A stretch of DNA of 64,000 nucleotides from Terriglobia bacterium. Lineage in GTDB: Bacteria > Acidobacteriota > Terriglobia > Bryobacterales > Bryobacteraceae. Below are positions 1-10,220 of the stretch, piece after piece. The notes below the pieces were generated by a model. That model saw nothing but the letters and a program-made list of their open reading frames with translations. It was not told the DNA's origin and searched no databases. A program made the position numbers and the translations under genes. How positions within the stretch are numbered: the stretch's first letter is position 1; every line of letters begins with the position of its first letter. The DNA lies in assembly GCA_963799755.1 (NCBI GenBank), contig CAWCYQ010000015.1:11139-75138 (forward strand), written 5' to 3'.

Positions 1-239
1 GATCGCGGGCCAGAATTTCTACCGGGCGATGCCGCCGTCACAACGCCGCGTGCCGAAGCAAGCGTTGTCACATTCGTAAAGATCGATCGCGCGCTCGATT
101 AGCTCGTCAGATAACGATCAGCGACAAACAGGCCCCGCCTGCCAGAAGATATCGGTTCGGTGAATGCGGCCGGTTGAAAAAGATAGAATCCCGGTCCCAT
201 ACAATGCGCAACGGAACCTAAGTAGATGGCACGAAAAGA

Positions 240-560
240 TTAATTTACGCGCGGGCGGTACTTCTCTTTGAGGATTAGCTCGTCGAAAATGGCCAGCACT
301 CGTTTCCGGTACGTGTACATCTGGCGCAGAGAGTTTCTAAAGCCCGCTTCGTAACGCCGGGGATGCAGCCATTTGTTCAGCAGCGGCCTGGGCACGTCTA
401 TATCCCGTCGCAAATCTTCGGCTGAGTGGCCGCGCAAAAAAAGGCCGTAGAAGATGGCTGCTTCCCTCTGCGGAGCCAGTGGATCGAATTCGTCGCGGCC
501 AATCATACTGCAAGGTGCTGAATCCGTATCGTACACCCAAAAACGTGGACTCAAAAGCAA
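240..560 (-). CDS. small hypothetical protein, possibly a sigma-70 region-4-like HTH
   Basis: ORF track 240..560. The segment LAPQREAAIFYGLFLRGHSAEDLRRDIDVPRPLLNKWL resembles a region-4 type HTH. The start is unresolved (TTG 560 or ATG 506). It is divergent from the FHA operon. Confidence 0.35.
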   Translation of the reverse strand: MLLSPRFWVYDTDSAPCSMIGRDEFDPLAPQREAAIFYGLFLRGHSAEDLRRDIDVPRPLLNKWLHPRRYEAGFRNSLRQMYTYRKRVLAIFDELILKEKYRPRVN

Positions 561-740
561 AAAGCGGACTCGAAAGCCTCCTAAGTAGTCAGTCTAACAA
601 TGCTGTCAAGTGCCTCACATTTCCGTAAATACCGATGCCGATTCCGACCCGATAACGGTCGGCTCGCGTAAACTGAGGTACGATTTGTCCACGGCCACTA
701 GCGGCGTCTAACAGATAGACTCCAAAGAAAGGAAGAACGC

Positions 741-1560
741 TTGGCGCAAGGCAACCGCAGTCTCGACGAGCACATCGGGCCGCCTAGACTGAACGGCAAC
801 ATTGTTGTCAGCGAGCTGATCCGGAACATGGAGGTCGGCCGGTTTGAGATGGCCTTCGCCGTTCTCTTGCCCTGTGTCTTCACTGTCTATCTAAATCCTG
901 CCGATTATTCGACGCTGAGCGGAGTGCTGGATCTCGTCGTCGACGATGCCCGCAAAGCGCTGCGGGCCCGGGTGGCTGAATTGAACCACGTGTCGGTGCC
1001 TTTCACCCAACGTCGCCGCGGCGGCGTTCCTCAAAGAACATAAAATTGCCTGCCGGGAGTGGGATATCGAATTTCTACCGGATGCCGAGGTGCCGCCGGG
1101 CGATGTAGAGATCCATTCCGAACTGAACGAAGCTCCGCCGCCCGGTTTCCGCGGCACAAAAACAACTTTGATCGGCCGCGAACCATCCGCAACCCAACGT
1201 ATCAGCGAGCGCCGCAAAGCTCAGCAGCACTTGGCAGAGCCTGTTTACGCGGTCATCCATTATCAGGACGACTCAGGTCCCCAGACCTACCTGGTTACGA
1301 GAAATCAGGTGAGAATAGGGCGGGGCGGGGAAGGCCAGCAGGTGGATCTCGCGCTCCATACAACGGATGAGATCTCTCGTGAGCACGTGATCCTGAGGCG
1401 TGATCCGGCCACAGGAGCGTTTTCTATTCTGGATGCTAGTACCAACGGCACCTGGCTGAATGGCAAACGGCTGCGCAAGGGAGTTGAGGACCCTCTCCCG
1501 CAGCGCGCGCGCATCGTTCTCGGTGAAGTACTCAATTTGGCTTTCGAAGTACGCGTATGA
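741..1560 (+). pseudogene. FhaA-like protein (DUF3662-type N-domain + C-terminal FHA domain), with one frame break near 1005-1030
   Basis: ORF 741..1043 shows the FhaA N-domain pattern (LLPCVFTVYLNPADYSTLSGVLDLVVDDARKALRARVAEL). The next frame is open from 985 and reads FLKEHKIACREWDIEFLPDAEVPPGDVEIHSEL into ORF 1090..1560. That ORF ends in an FHA domain (VRIGRG...ISREHVIL...ILDASTNGTWLNGKRL). It looks like a single gene split by one indel. Confidence 0.6.
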
Positions 1561-1653
1561 AATTTGTTTATCTGGCACACATCCCGTTTGTAGTGCTGTT
1601 TCTGCTCTTCGTGGCAGGCTTCGCTTGCGCTAACTTAGCCCAAAGGAGATAGC

Positions 1654-2628
1654 GTGAACACCACCACCGCTCTGCGAGCGGCGAGCGTAAGCCATGTCGG
1701 GCTCCGGCGCGATATCAACGAAGATCGCGTGCTCGCCGATGTTGCGAACGGCATATTTCTCGTGGTGGACGGCATGGGTGGGCACGTAGCCGGCGCCACT
1801 GCCGCAGAGACTGCCCTGAACGCGATTCATGACGCACTGCTACATACGAAAGAGGATCTGCCCCGGGCCATTCGCTCCGCCATCACAGAGGCGAATAATC
1901 TTATTCTCTCGGCGGCTCGAGAGAATCCCGCCTGGCAAGGTATGTCCTGTGTGCTCACCGTCGCCGTAATCCAGGCGGATTGCGTGACCTGGGGACATGT
2001 CGGAGATTCTCGTCTTTATCTGTTCGAACACGGAGTTCTCCACAAGCTGACTGCCGACCATTCTCCCGTTGGCGAACAGGAAGATCTTGGGTCCCTCGAC
2101 GAATACGAAGCCATGCGCCACCCGCGCCGGCACGAGGTTTTTCGCGACGTCGGTTCCCTCTGGCGTTCTATTGACGATCCGGAATTCGTACAGATCGGCA
2201 GCCGCGTCTTCCTGCCCGACGACGCGCTCCTCCTGTGTACGGACGGCATGAGCGACGCTTTGAGTTCCGCCGAGATCTCGGCCATCGCCGGACAATTCAA
2301 AGGCGATCCTGAAAAGACGGCTAACGAGCTGGTGTCCGCCGCCATCGAACGAAGCGGTGAGGATAATGTGAGCGTGGTTTTCGTCGCTGGCCCCGAGTTC
2401 GCAGGATTCCGCCATCTGCCGTCCGACCCTACGATTTCGCGGCATGCCATCACCCGCGTCCGCAAACATCGCCCGAAACCTTTGATAGCACTACGGAGCC
2501 TGGTGTGGCTTCTGATCGGGGTCATTCTGGGCGCGCTTCTGGTTGTCTCCTGGGAACGGAGAGCCGAGTTCGTAACGGAATTCTCCAATCTGGTAGCGGG
2601 CCATCATTTCAGCTCTGATCGCAAGTAA
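1654..2628 (+). CDS. PP2C-family Ser/Thr protein phosphatase with C-terminal membrane anchor
   Basis: PP2C motifs GLRRDINEDR, FLVVDGMGGH and LLLCTDGMSD. Hydrophobic segment LVWLLIGVILGALLVV near the C-terminus. AAGGAG precedes the GTG start. Confidence 0.85.
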   Translation: MNTTTALRAASVSHVGLRRDINEDRVLADVANGIFLVVDGMGGHVAGATAAETALNAIHDALLHTKEDLPRAIRSAITEANNLILSAARENPAWQGMSCVLTVAVIQADCVTWGHVGDSRLYLFEHGVLHKLTADHSPVGEQEDLGSLDEYEAMRHPRRHEVFRDVGSLWRSIDDPEFVQIGSRVFLPDDALLLCTDGMSDALSSAEISAIAGQFKGDPEKTANELVSAAIERSGEDNVSVVFVAGPEFAGFRHLPSDPTISRHAITRVRKHRPKPLIALRSLVWLLIGVILGALLVVSWERRAEFVTEFSNLVAGHHFSSDRK

Positions 2629-2641
2629 GGAGGCGACCGGC

Positions 2642-4570
2642 GTGACTGAGAAAGAACGATTCGGCAGATACGAGATCATCCGCAAGCTCGGCGGCGGCAT
2701 GTCGGATGTCTATCTCGCCCGCGATTCAGTTCTCGGCCGTCCGGTGGTCCTCAAAACCATAAAGAACTCGGATGATGTCTCGACGCAAATGGTCATCGAA
2801 GCCGAGAAGCGGGGTGTCCGCATTCAACGGCAGCTTGCCGGCTGCGAGCGCATACTCGATATCTACGAATCGGGTGAGCAGGACGGCAGCTTCTTCGCAG
2901 TGATGGAGTATTTTCCGGGCCGCACACTGGCGCAGATCCTGGCAGTCGAACGACGGCTTGACGCCAGACGCGCCGCGCGTTATGCCGCGGAAATTTGTAG
3001 CCAGTTGCGCATCCTGCATGGATTCGTGTCCCCGGAAGATGCGCGCAAGACGGCGGTCGTCCACGGCGACATCAAGCCCTCTAACATTCAGATCGGCGCA
3101 AACGACCAACTGAGAATCCTCGATTTCGGAATCGCCAAATTGATCACCTCGGGCCGTGACCTGACACGTCATCAGTTAGGTAGCCCCGGCTACTGCTCGC
3201 CCGAGCGATTGCGCGATTCCCAGGTGGATGTACACGCGGATATCTGGGCAACAGGCGTCTGCCTCTATGAAATGCTCGCCGGTTCGCCGCCTTTCGAGGC
3301 GCAAGATACCCGTAAACTCGAAGAACTGATCCAGTCTCGAAAGCCGGTGCCCGTTCTGCCGGATGATTGTCCGGTCGAGCTGAATCAGATCGTCGCCAAG
3401 GCTTTAGCACCCAACCTGAGCTGCCGTTACTCATCGGCCGAAGCCCTCGAAGCGGATCTGCTGGCCTTTCTGGAGAACCGGGTCACGCAAGCTGCACAAG
3501 AGAAAACCCCGCACAGGAAAGCGAATGCCACGATTTTCCGCCGCCCCGCTCTGCTGCCTCTGAAGCCTGCGGCGTCCGCTCCTGCCAGGCGAGTGCGTCT
3601 GCGATTCAGCAAGAAGAATGCTCCCTCTGATGTGACGAATCTCGCGATTGCGCTTCTCGCCGGCGTTCTCTGCGGTCTGGTGTTGTTTCTCCCGGCTACA
3701 CGGTATTTCGAGTTGCGAGAAATCCGGCGGAGCCTGGTGCAGCGTAAGGACTACATATTGCTGCCCGCCTCCGTCCTCGCGGCCGACTGGCAGAATTACC
3801 AGACTGTCAAGCATCGTGGCCTCTGGTGGCCTCGCTTGTCGCCCAACGATGACATGGAGGACGCTTTTCGGGCCAATCTCCTCGATTCCGCCAACAACCT
3901 GATTGGCCGCTTCCGGCGCAGTTCAGACGACCAGCCCGCAAATTTCGACTGGTCCCGCGCGCGCTTGTGCCTGCTCTATGCTCTCGAGATCGATTCGCTG
4001 AACACGCGAGCCCGCGGCCAACTGCATCTCTGCGACGGCTATCTCAGCCTTGAGAATGTTCACCAGGCGACCCCTGCTTACACCATTGAAGCTTTTCATC
4101 GTGCCTCGGCCCTGATCCCTCGTTCACCCGATCCTCACCTCGGACTGGCACGCGCTTATGTATATACCGTTCGGAACGTGGGTATGGCGCTCGCCGAGTT
4201 CCATCAAGCCGCGCAGCTTGGCTATACGCTCGGCCCCCGCGAGAGGGAGCAGGAAGCCGACGGATACCTGGGACGCGCTGAAGCGGAGCTCAATCTTGCC
4301 AGGCGTGCTCCGCCAGATGCCAGGCCGGACGCCGCCCGTTGGCTCCGTCTGGCTCGAGGAGATATGGATCGGGCGCAAAATTTATATGAGCCTATCGCCG
4401 GCTTCAGCCACGTCGAAGTAAGTTTGGAGCAGGTTTACCGCGATCAAGACGATCAGGCGAAGCTGGAGCAGGCGCTTTTCACTCCGGCGCCAACTCCGGC
4501 TCCGAAAACACACCTCGTCTTGCTCAAGGCGCGTTTCATTAAACGGCCGGTTTCTTTCCGATGGCGGTAA
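2642..4570 (+). CDS. Hanks-type Ser/Thr protein kinase with a TM segment and a TPR-like C-terminal domain
   Basis: Motifs GGGMSDVYLA (P-loop), VVLK, HGDIKPSNI (catalytic loop), DFGIAK and SPGYCSPE. TM segment LAIALLAGVLCGLVLFL. AAGGAGG lies 8 nt upstream of the GTG start. Confidence 0.85.
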   Translation: MTEKERFGRYEIIRKLGGGMSDVYLARDSVLGRPVVLKTIKNSDDVSTQMVIEAEKRGVRIQRQLAGCERILDIYESGEQDGSFFAVMEYFPGRTLAQILAVERRLDARRAARYAAEICSQLRILHGFVSPEDARKTAVVHGDIKPSNIQIGANDQLRILDFGIAKLITSGRDLTRHQLGSPGYCSPERLRDSQVDVHADIWATGVCLYEMLAGSPPFEAQDTRKLEELIQSRKPVPVLPDDCPVELNQIVAKALAPNLSCRYSSAEALEADLLAFLENRVTQAAQEKTPHRKANATIFRRPALLPLKPAASAPARRVRLRFSKKNAPSDVTNLAIALLAGVLCGLVLFLPATRYFELREIRRSLVQRKDYILLPASVLAADWQNYQTVKHRGLWWPRLSPNDDMEDAFRANLLDSANNLIGRFRRSSDDQPANFDWSRARLCLLYALEIDSLNTRARGQLHLCDGYLSLENVHQATPAYTIEAFHRASALIPRSPDPHLGLARAYVYTVRNVGMALAEFHQAAQLGYTLGPREREQEADGYLGRAEAELNLARRAPPDARPDAARWLRLARGDMDRAQNLYEPIAGFSHVEVSLEQVYRDQDDQAKLEQALFTPAPTPAPKTHLVLLKARFIKRPVSFRWR

Positions 4571-7500
4571 CCAGGAGTGGTGAAAGCAGCCTGGTGCTGC
4601 AACTGGAGATCTCGGGCGGCGCTACTCCCTCCGAGCGCCGCAAGGAGTTCTGGTGGCTGCTCGGAGCATCCGTGCTCGTCGCGAGCGGCCTCTTGCTGGT
4701 CCTGACCGCGAAAACTCAGGACTTCCCCGAGCTGCAGAACAAACTGAGCTCTGGCGAACTGCTGAACATAAATGCCGATCCCTCGCCCCAGCAACTCGCC
4801 TCCGTTCTGCGGACCGTATTGAGCAACTCGCAGGATAGCGAGCTCGTTACGGATCGGGTCGAAGAGTTCCTTGCGAAAAACCGTCCCTTACCGAACATCG
4901 GAGCGCTGGCGCGTCTCCGCCTGAGCAAGAACGAGATAGAAAACGATCCGCGCTGGAGTGCCTGGCGCACAAGGCTGTCCGCTCCCGGAAAATCGTCCAC
5001 GAGCGTTTCGCTTCTCCCTTTGGCGAAATTGAAGCCGCTATTAGTGGTTCGCGCTCCTCAGGACTTCGTACGGCTCTGTGCGCTATGGATAGTCCTCTAT
5101 TTGGCCGCATTTTGGAGCGTCCATCTGATCTGGCGCTGGCGGAAGTTTCGCGGCGATCCCGCCATTCTGCCCGCCCTGCACTTGCTCACAGGTATCGGCC
5201 TCATTCTGATGGTCAGTCTCCGCGATCCTCTGCGCGACACGCTTGAATTCCACAAATTCGCCTGGGGAGTAATCGCCGGCTGCATCATGCTTCTGCTGCC
5301 GCTTCTGAAGGTTTTCGACTACAACAATTTTGCGCGCTGGACCTATACGCCATTATTCACCGCTTTGGCCCTCTTTATTGCTCTTCTCCGCTTTGGATCG
5401 GGTCCCACCGGAAGCGACGCCCGCGTCAACCTGGGTCCTTTCCAGCCGGTCGAATTGATTAAGCTGCTATTGGTATTTTTCCTGGCCGGCTACTTTTCGC
5501 AGAACTGGGAGCGTCTGCGAGAGCTCCGGCAAAAGCAGTTTGTGCCTCGTTGGCTCGCCTGGCTGGAGCTCCCGAGAATCGGTCACGCTTTGCCCGTCAT
5601 GAATGCCGTAGCCTGCGCTCTCGTTTTATTTTTTGTCCTGAAAGATATGGGCCCGGCGCTGGTAACCGGCATTCTCTTCCTGGTAATCTTCGCCGTGGCG
5701 CGGCGTCGGGTAGGTCTTGCGCTGCTCGGCGTTGCCATCTTGGTCGCCGGCGTTGTCGTGGGCTATCACATCGGTACGCCGCATACCGTAGTGGAACGCG
5801 TATCCATGTGGCTCTCGCCCTGGAACAATGACATTCGCGGCGGCGATCAACTTGCCCACTCGCTCTGGGCTTTTGCCACCGGTGGCCCTTGGGGATCCGG
5901 ACCGGGCTGGGGCGATCCGGGAGTGATTCCCGCCGGTCACACCGATCTGGTTCTTCCAGCCATCGCCGAAGAATGGGGTTTTCCGGGCGTTGCCGCGATC
6001 TGCATTCTTTTTGCCCTCCTGATTGCCCGGTCATTCCGCATCGCGCTTCGTGCAACCAGTGAGTATGGAGTATTTCTCGCCGCCGGATGCGGTACTCTCA
6101 TTGCCCTCGAAATGCTGTTGATCTCGGGAGGCGCCTTAGGTGCCATTCCGCTCTCCGGAGTTGTTTCGCCATTTTTGAGCTCCGGCAACACTGCGATGCT
6201 CTGCAATTTCCTGATCTTTGCCATTCTGCTGGGCGTCTCAAATCAATCCGCGCGCGCCGAAACTGCTGCTCTCTCTGAGCCGGCAGATCCGCGATTCGCC
6301 GACCTTTTCGCGAAACCACTCAAAGCAGTTTCGGTCGTGCTCGGTTTGTGCGCCTTTGCTCTTCTTGCCAAAGCCGCTTACCTCCAGATCTGGCAGGACC
6401 AGGATCTGCTCTCGAGAGACGCCCTCGTCTTTGCGAGCGATGGGGTCAAGCGGCCCGAGCGCAATCCGCGCCTCAATCTGCTCGCGGCGTCCATTCCGCG
6501 CGGCGATATTTATGATCGAAATGGCGTTCTGCTGGCTTCGAGCAACTGGGCCGAGGTCGAGCGTCATCGCGGCCAATACGAAACCCTCGGTGTACCGGCC
6601 GATCAAATCGGCTCGCCCAGCGATAGCCGTCATTATCCGTTTGGCGCTGCTACGCTTCATCTGCTCGGCGATCTCCGCACCGGCGAGCGCTTCCATGCAA
6701 GCAATGCCTCGCTCGTCGAGCATGATTCCAATCGGAAGCTGCAGGGCTACAGCGATTATCGCGATCTGGCCGCCGTAGTGCGTTATCGTCACCAGCGCGA
6801 CAATCCTGCTCTCAAGGCTCTGCTGAACCGCGAGCGCGATGTACATACCACGCTCGATGTCAGACTCCAGCTCAAGGCCATCGACATCCTGAAGAAGCAT
6901 CTGGCGAAAGGCTCGCACAAAGGCGCGGCGCTGATCATGAATGCGCAAACCGGAGACGTACTCGCTCTGGTAAGCTGGCCCATGCCCGCCGCGACTGAAG
7001 GGACCGACGACGAACTGCTCGATCGCGCCCGGTACGCCGAATATCCTCCCGGCTCGACCTTTAAGCTGGTCACGGCCATGGCGGCGCTCAAACTCGATCC
7101 GAATGCGCAAAACCGAACCTTCTCGTGCAAGCGTCTCAGCGATGGACGCGCCGGTACCGTCATTCCCGGCTGGCGTCGGCCCATCCGCGACGATATCGGC
7201 GACCGTGTTCACGGGAAGTTGAATCTTCGCCAGGCCATTACGGTTTCCTGCAACGCCTACTTTGCGCAATTGGGCGTCTACGCTGTCGGCGCTCCAGCTT
7301 TGCGTGAGACTGCCGGTTTACTTGGCATCGATGCAGGCACTCCCGCTCAAGTCAAAGAAATGCTTCCCTTCGCCGCTTACGGCCAGGGGTCAGTAGTCAC
7401 GACACCGATGAAGATGGCCCGAGTTGCTGCGACCATCGCCTCTGGTGGAATGATGCCCCAAGGCCGGTGGGTCCTTGATGGCAGTGACGGACGGACCGCT

Positions 7501-7830
7501 GCTCCGATAAGTGTAATTCCCGCCGCTTCGGCGGCGTTTCTCGCCACAGCCATGCGCGACGTCGTTACCAGTGGCACGGCGCGCACAGCGATGGCAGCTT
7601 CAAACATTCCGATCGCGGGCAAAACCGGCACCGCTCAACTCGATCAAGGCCAGCCCCATTCCTGGTTTGCCGGATTTGCTCCTTATAATGCTCCTCCGCA
7701 GCAACAGATCGCGTTCGCGGTTGTCGTGGAGCACGGAGGATACGGAGCGAAAGTGGCTGCGCCAGTTGCTCGCGAGCTGGTCGAAGCAGCCGCCGGCCTC
7801 GGCATCATACAAGGTTCGGAGGAGAGGTAA
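4561..7830 (+). CDS. fused SEDS (FtsW/RodA-type) peptidoglycan polymerase and class-B penicillin-binding protein transpeptidase
   Basis: One uninterrupted 1089-aa ORF. The N-terminal half is a polytopic FtsW/RodA-like protein (GPFQPVELIKLLLVFFLAGY, TDLVLPAIAEEWGF). After a linker there is a new TM segment (AVSVVLGLCAFALLAKAAY). A PBP2-type module follows: RGDIYDRNGVLLA, STFK (7054-7065), SCN and KTGTAQ. The ATG overlaps the kinase stop by 10 nt. Confidence 0.85.
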   Translation: MAVTRSGESSLVLQLEISGGATPSERRKEFWWLLGASVLVASGLLLVLTAKTQDFPELQNKLSSGELLNINADPSPQQLASVLRTVLSNSQDSELVTDRVEEFLAKNRPLPNIGALARLRLSKNEIENDPRWSAWRTRLSAPGKSSTSVSLLPLAKLKPLLVVRAPQDFVRLCALWIVLYLAAFWSVHLIWRWRKFRGDPAILPALHLLTGIGLILMVSLRDPLRDTLEFHKFAWGVIAGCIMLLLPLLKVFDYNNFARWTYTPLFTALALFIALLRFGSGPTGSDARVNLGPFQPVELIKLLLVFFLAGYFSQNWERLRELRQKQFVPRWLAWLELPRIGHALPVMNAVACALVLFFVLKDMGPALVTGILFLVIFAVARRRVGLALLGVAILVAGVVVGYHIGTPHTVVERVSMWLSPWNNDIRGGDQLAHSLWAFATGGPWGSGPGWGDPGVIPAGHTDLVLPAIAEEWGFPGVAAICILFALLIARSFRIALRATSEYGVFLAAGCGTLIALEMLLISGGALGAIPLSGVVSPFLSSGNTAMLCNFLIFAILLGVSNQSARAETAALSEPADPRFADLFAKPLKAVSVVLGLCAFALLAKAAYLQIWQDQDLLSRDALVFASDGVKRPERNPRLNLLAASIPRGDIYDRNGVLLASSNWAEVERHRGQYETLGVPADQIGSPSDSRHYPFGAATLHLLGDLRTGERFHASNASLVEHDSNRKLQGYSDYRDLAAVVRYRHQRDNPALKALLNRERDVHTTLDVRLQLKAIDILKKHLAKGSHKGAALIMNAQTGDVLALVSWPMPAATEGTDDELLDRARYAEYPPGSTFKLVTAMAALKLDPNAQNRTFSCKRLSDGRAGTVIPGWRRPIRDDIGDRVHGKLNLRQAITVSCNAYFAQLGVYAVGAPALRETAGLLGIDAGTPAQVKEMLPFAAYGQGSVVTTPMKMARVAATIASGGMMPQGRWVLDGSDGRTAAPISVIPAASAAFLATAMRDVVTSGTARTAMAASNIPIAGKTGTAQLDQGQPHSWFAGFAPYNAPPQQQIAFAVVVEHGGYGAKVAAPVARELVEAAAGLGIIQGSEER

Positions 7831-7834
7831 GTCG

Positions 7835-8638
7835 ATGGCCATATCTAACGTCTTCGAGAAACTCGGACGCGCCGTTTTCGAGTCTCCGTTCAGTGCAAAC
7901 CGGCTCGCCAAGGACGCCCCGGAATTCGCTGAAATTCGTCTCGCGGCGCTCGACGTCATTAAAGAGCGCAGTCACCGTTTGAGCGGAAAAAACGTCTTCC
8001 CCCACGACCTGATTCGAATCGAGCTGCTGGGCATTCCCGAAGAGCAGGCGCCGGTATTTCAAAGCGAGTTTGTCACCAACTACTTCGCCGAGGAGCTCAA
8101 GCGGGCATTGACGCGTTCGAGCTATCGGTTCCCTGGCGATTTGGCCGTCGAGTTTCATACTTCCTCTAGACTTCCTGAGAAGGGTGAGTCGTGGCTCTCT
8201 GTTGAAAGCTCCATGCGCCCTCGGGTTGTCGATTCTCCGGCACAGCCGGCCTCGACGGCTACTTTGACCGTTCTCAATGGTTCGGCGAACCAGATGAAAA
8301 TTGCCTTGAAAAAGATACGCACGAATATCGGGCGGACTGCCGAAGTTTTTAAGACCGCCGGACCCTCGCGTCGTAACGATCTCGTCTTCCTGGACGAAGA
8401 TGAAACCGGCAAAACCGTTTCGCGCGAGCATGCTCATATCGTCAGATCGTCCGCCAAAGGAGAGTACCGATTGTTCAACGATCGCAGCTATCGCGGTGAG
8501 AGCAACTGTGGCTTATGGATTGTCCGGGATGGCCTCAGCTACCCCGTTCATCGGAGTTCCCGCGGCACGCTGCTCCAGGCCGGCGATGAAATTCACGTCG
8601 GTACCGCGGTGATCCGCTTTTCGCTCGAGAAACGCTGA
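7835..8638 (+). CDS. FhaA-like protein (DUF3662-type N-domain + FHA domain)
   Basis: The ATG at 7835 lies 5 nt after the PBP stop and is preceded by GGAGGAGAGG. N-domain: MAISNVFEKLGRAVFESPF...FPGDLAVEFHTSS. FHA domain: TNIGRT...SREHAHI...LFNDRS...GLWI. Confidence 0.75.
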   Translation: MAISNVFEKLGRAVFESPFSANRLAKDAPEFAEIRLAALDVIKERSHRLSGKNVFPHDLIRIELLGIPEEQAPVFQSEFVTNYFAEELKRALTRSSYRFPGDLAVEFHTSSRLPEKGESWLSVESSMRPRVVDSPAQPASTATLTVLNGSANQMKIALKKIRTNIGRTAEVFKTAGPSRRNDLVFLDEDETGKTVSREHAHIVRSSAKGEYRLFNDRSYRGESNCGLWIVRDGLSYPVHRSSRGTLLQAGDEIHVGTAVIRFSLEKR

Positions 8639-8652
8639 CCCCCGAAACTCAA

Positions 8653-9951
8653 ATGATCAAAGGCGACAAAACATCCCGTCGAACTATTCTGCAGATTGCA
8701 GGCACGGCAAGCCTCTTCCCGCTCGTCCGGAGTTCTCGGCTGGCAGCCCGGGAGGCTCCGAAACAAAGCTCGCTTCCGCCTTCGATTGCCGCCCTGCAGT
8801 CGATGCGCGAACAGGCCACCCCAATCACGGCCGAGGAGCGGCGCGCGCGTATTGCGCGAGCCCGGGAATTGATGGCGCAGAACCAGATCGATGCCATTCT
8901 GCTCGCTGGCGGAACCTCTTTGCTTTATTTCACAGGCGTGCGCTGGGGCAACAGTGAGCGCCTGTTTGCCGCCGTCATCCCGGCCAGCGGCAAGGCTTTC
9001 TGTGTCTGTCCCTCATTTGAGGAAGACCGCGCGCGCGAACAGTTGAATCGCGGCCCTCTCGAGAGTGTCGACCTGCTTACTTGGCACGAAGACGAAAGCC
9101 CATACAACCTGATAGCCGCCGGGCTTCGTTCTCTCGGCAAATCCACCGGCACGCTCGGCGTCGAAGAGAAGACACCTTGGGTTTTTAGCGATGGAATCTC
9201 AAGGAGCGCCCCGGGCCTTCATCTGACATCGGCCACTCCCATCACCGCCGGTTGCCGGATGATCAAGAGCGCCCACGAACTCCAGCTGATGGGCATCGCG
9301 AATAAGGCCACGCTCAAAGTGTATGAGGCCGTTTATCGCGCCCTTGAGCCTGGCATGACGCAGGCCGATGCATCGCGCCTGATCGATATCGCATACGGCC
9401 GTGTCGGCTTTCGCGGTGAGGCGAGCGTCGAGGTGGGCCCGTACAGCGCCAATCCGCACGGTTCCATGACGCCTCAGACGATCCACGAAAATACGATTGT
9501 GATGATCGATGACGGTTGCCTCGCGGAAGGTTACCAATCCGATATCACCAGAACCTTTGTCCTTGGCAAGCCCACGGACAAAATGAAACGCGTTTTCGAT
9601 ATTGTCCATCGTGCGCAGAAAGCCGGGCTCGACGCAGCTCGTCCCGGCGTCGAGTGTCAGGCCGTGGATGCAGCCGCGCGAAAGGTGATCTCTGACGCTG
9701 GCTACGGGCCGGACTATAAATTCTTCAGTCACCGGCTCGGTCACGGCATCGGTATGGATATGCACGAGTGGCCCTACCTTGTGCGCGGTAATAAACTGCC
9801 GCTCGAAGCGAACATGACCTTCAGCGATGAACCCGGAATCTACATCCCCGGTGAATTTGGGATGCGTCTCGAAGACGACATGCACATTACCGCAAATGGG
9901 GCCGAGCTTTTTACTCCGCAGAGCCCGTCGCTCGAACATCCTTTCGGCTGA
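8653..9951 (+). CDS. M24-family Xaa-Pro peptidase with a Tat-type signal
   Basis: N-terminal TSRRTILQIAGTASL twin-arginine motif. Creatinase/prolidase N-domain followed by the M24 pita-bread fold (HRLGHGIGMDMHEWP, EPGIYIPGEFGMRLED). Confidence 0.8.
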   Translation: MIKGDKTSRRTILQIAGTASLFPLVRSSRLAAREAPKQSSLPPSIAALQSMREQATPITAEERRARIARARELMAQNQIDAILLAGGTSLLYFTGVRWGNSERLFAAVIPASGKAFCVCPSFEEDRAREQLNRGPLESVDLLTWHEDESPYNLIAAGLRSLGKSTGTLGVEEKTPWVFSDGISRSAPGLHLTSATPITAGCRMIKSAHELQLMGIANKATLKVYEAVYRALEPGMTQADASRLIDIAYGRVGFRGEASVEVGPYSANPHGSMTPQTIHENTIVMIDDGCLAEGYQSDITRTFVLGKPTDKMKRVFDIVHRAQKAGLDAARPGVECQAVDAAARKVISDAGYGPDYKFFSHRLGHGIGMDMHEWPYLVRGNKLPLEANMTFSDEPGIYIPGEFGMRLEDDMHITANGAELFTPQSPSLEHPFG

Positions 9952-10220
9952 AATCACTTAGCTGAAGTTCGTCACAACCACTCCCTTCCGGTCGCGGCCC
10001 CGAAAGCGCTTCCGGCGTTTTCAACAGCTTGCAGAGCCGTGACCAGAGGGAGCGGTCTTGCAACGTTCGATATGACGAACTTCGGTTAATACTGGCATTC
10101 GGAATTTCGGCGACGTATGGTCGAGGTACGCCACGCCGGGCGGAAGCCCGGCGGCAGCCATGAAGGGCCGGCCCAACGGTGTGAAAATCGTCTTTGTATT
10201 TCCGGCTGCAGCTACCTGGC

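Noticed and set aside
1-102. An open frame reading ...EFLPGDAAVTTPRAEASVVTFVKIDRALD* that could be the 3' end of a gene starting upstream of the window.
   Set aside because: Only 33 codons are visible and none form a motif. It cannot be supported.
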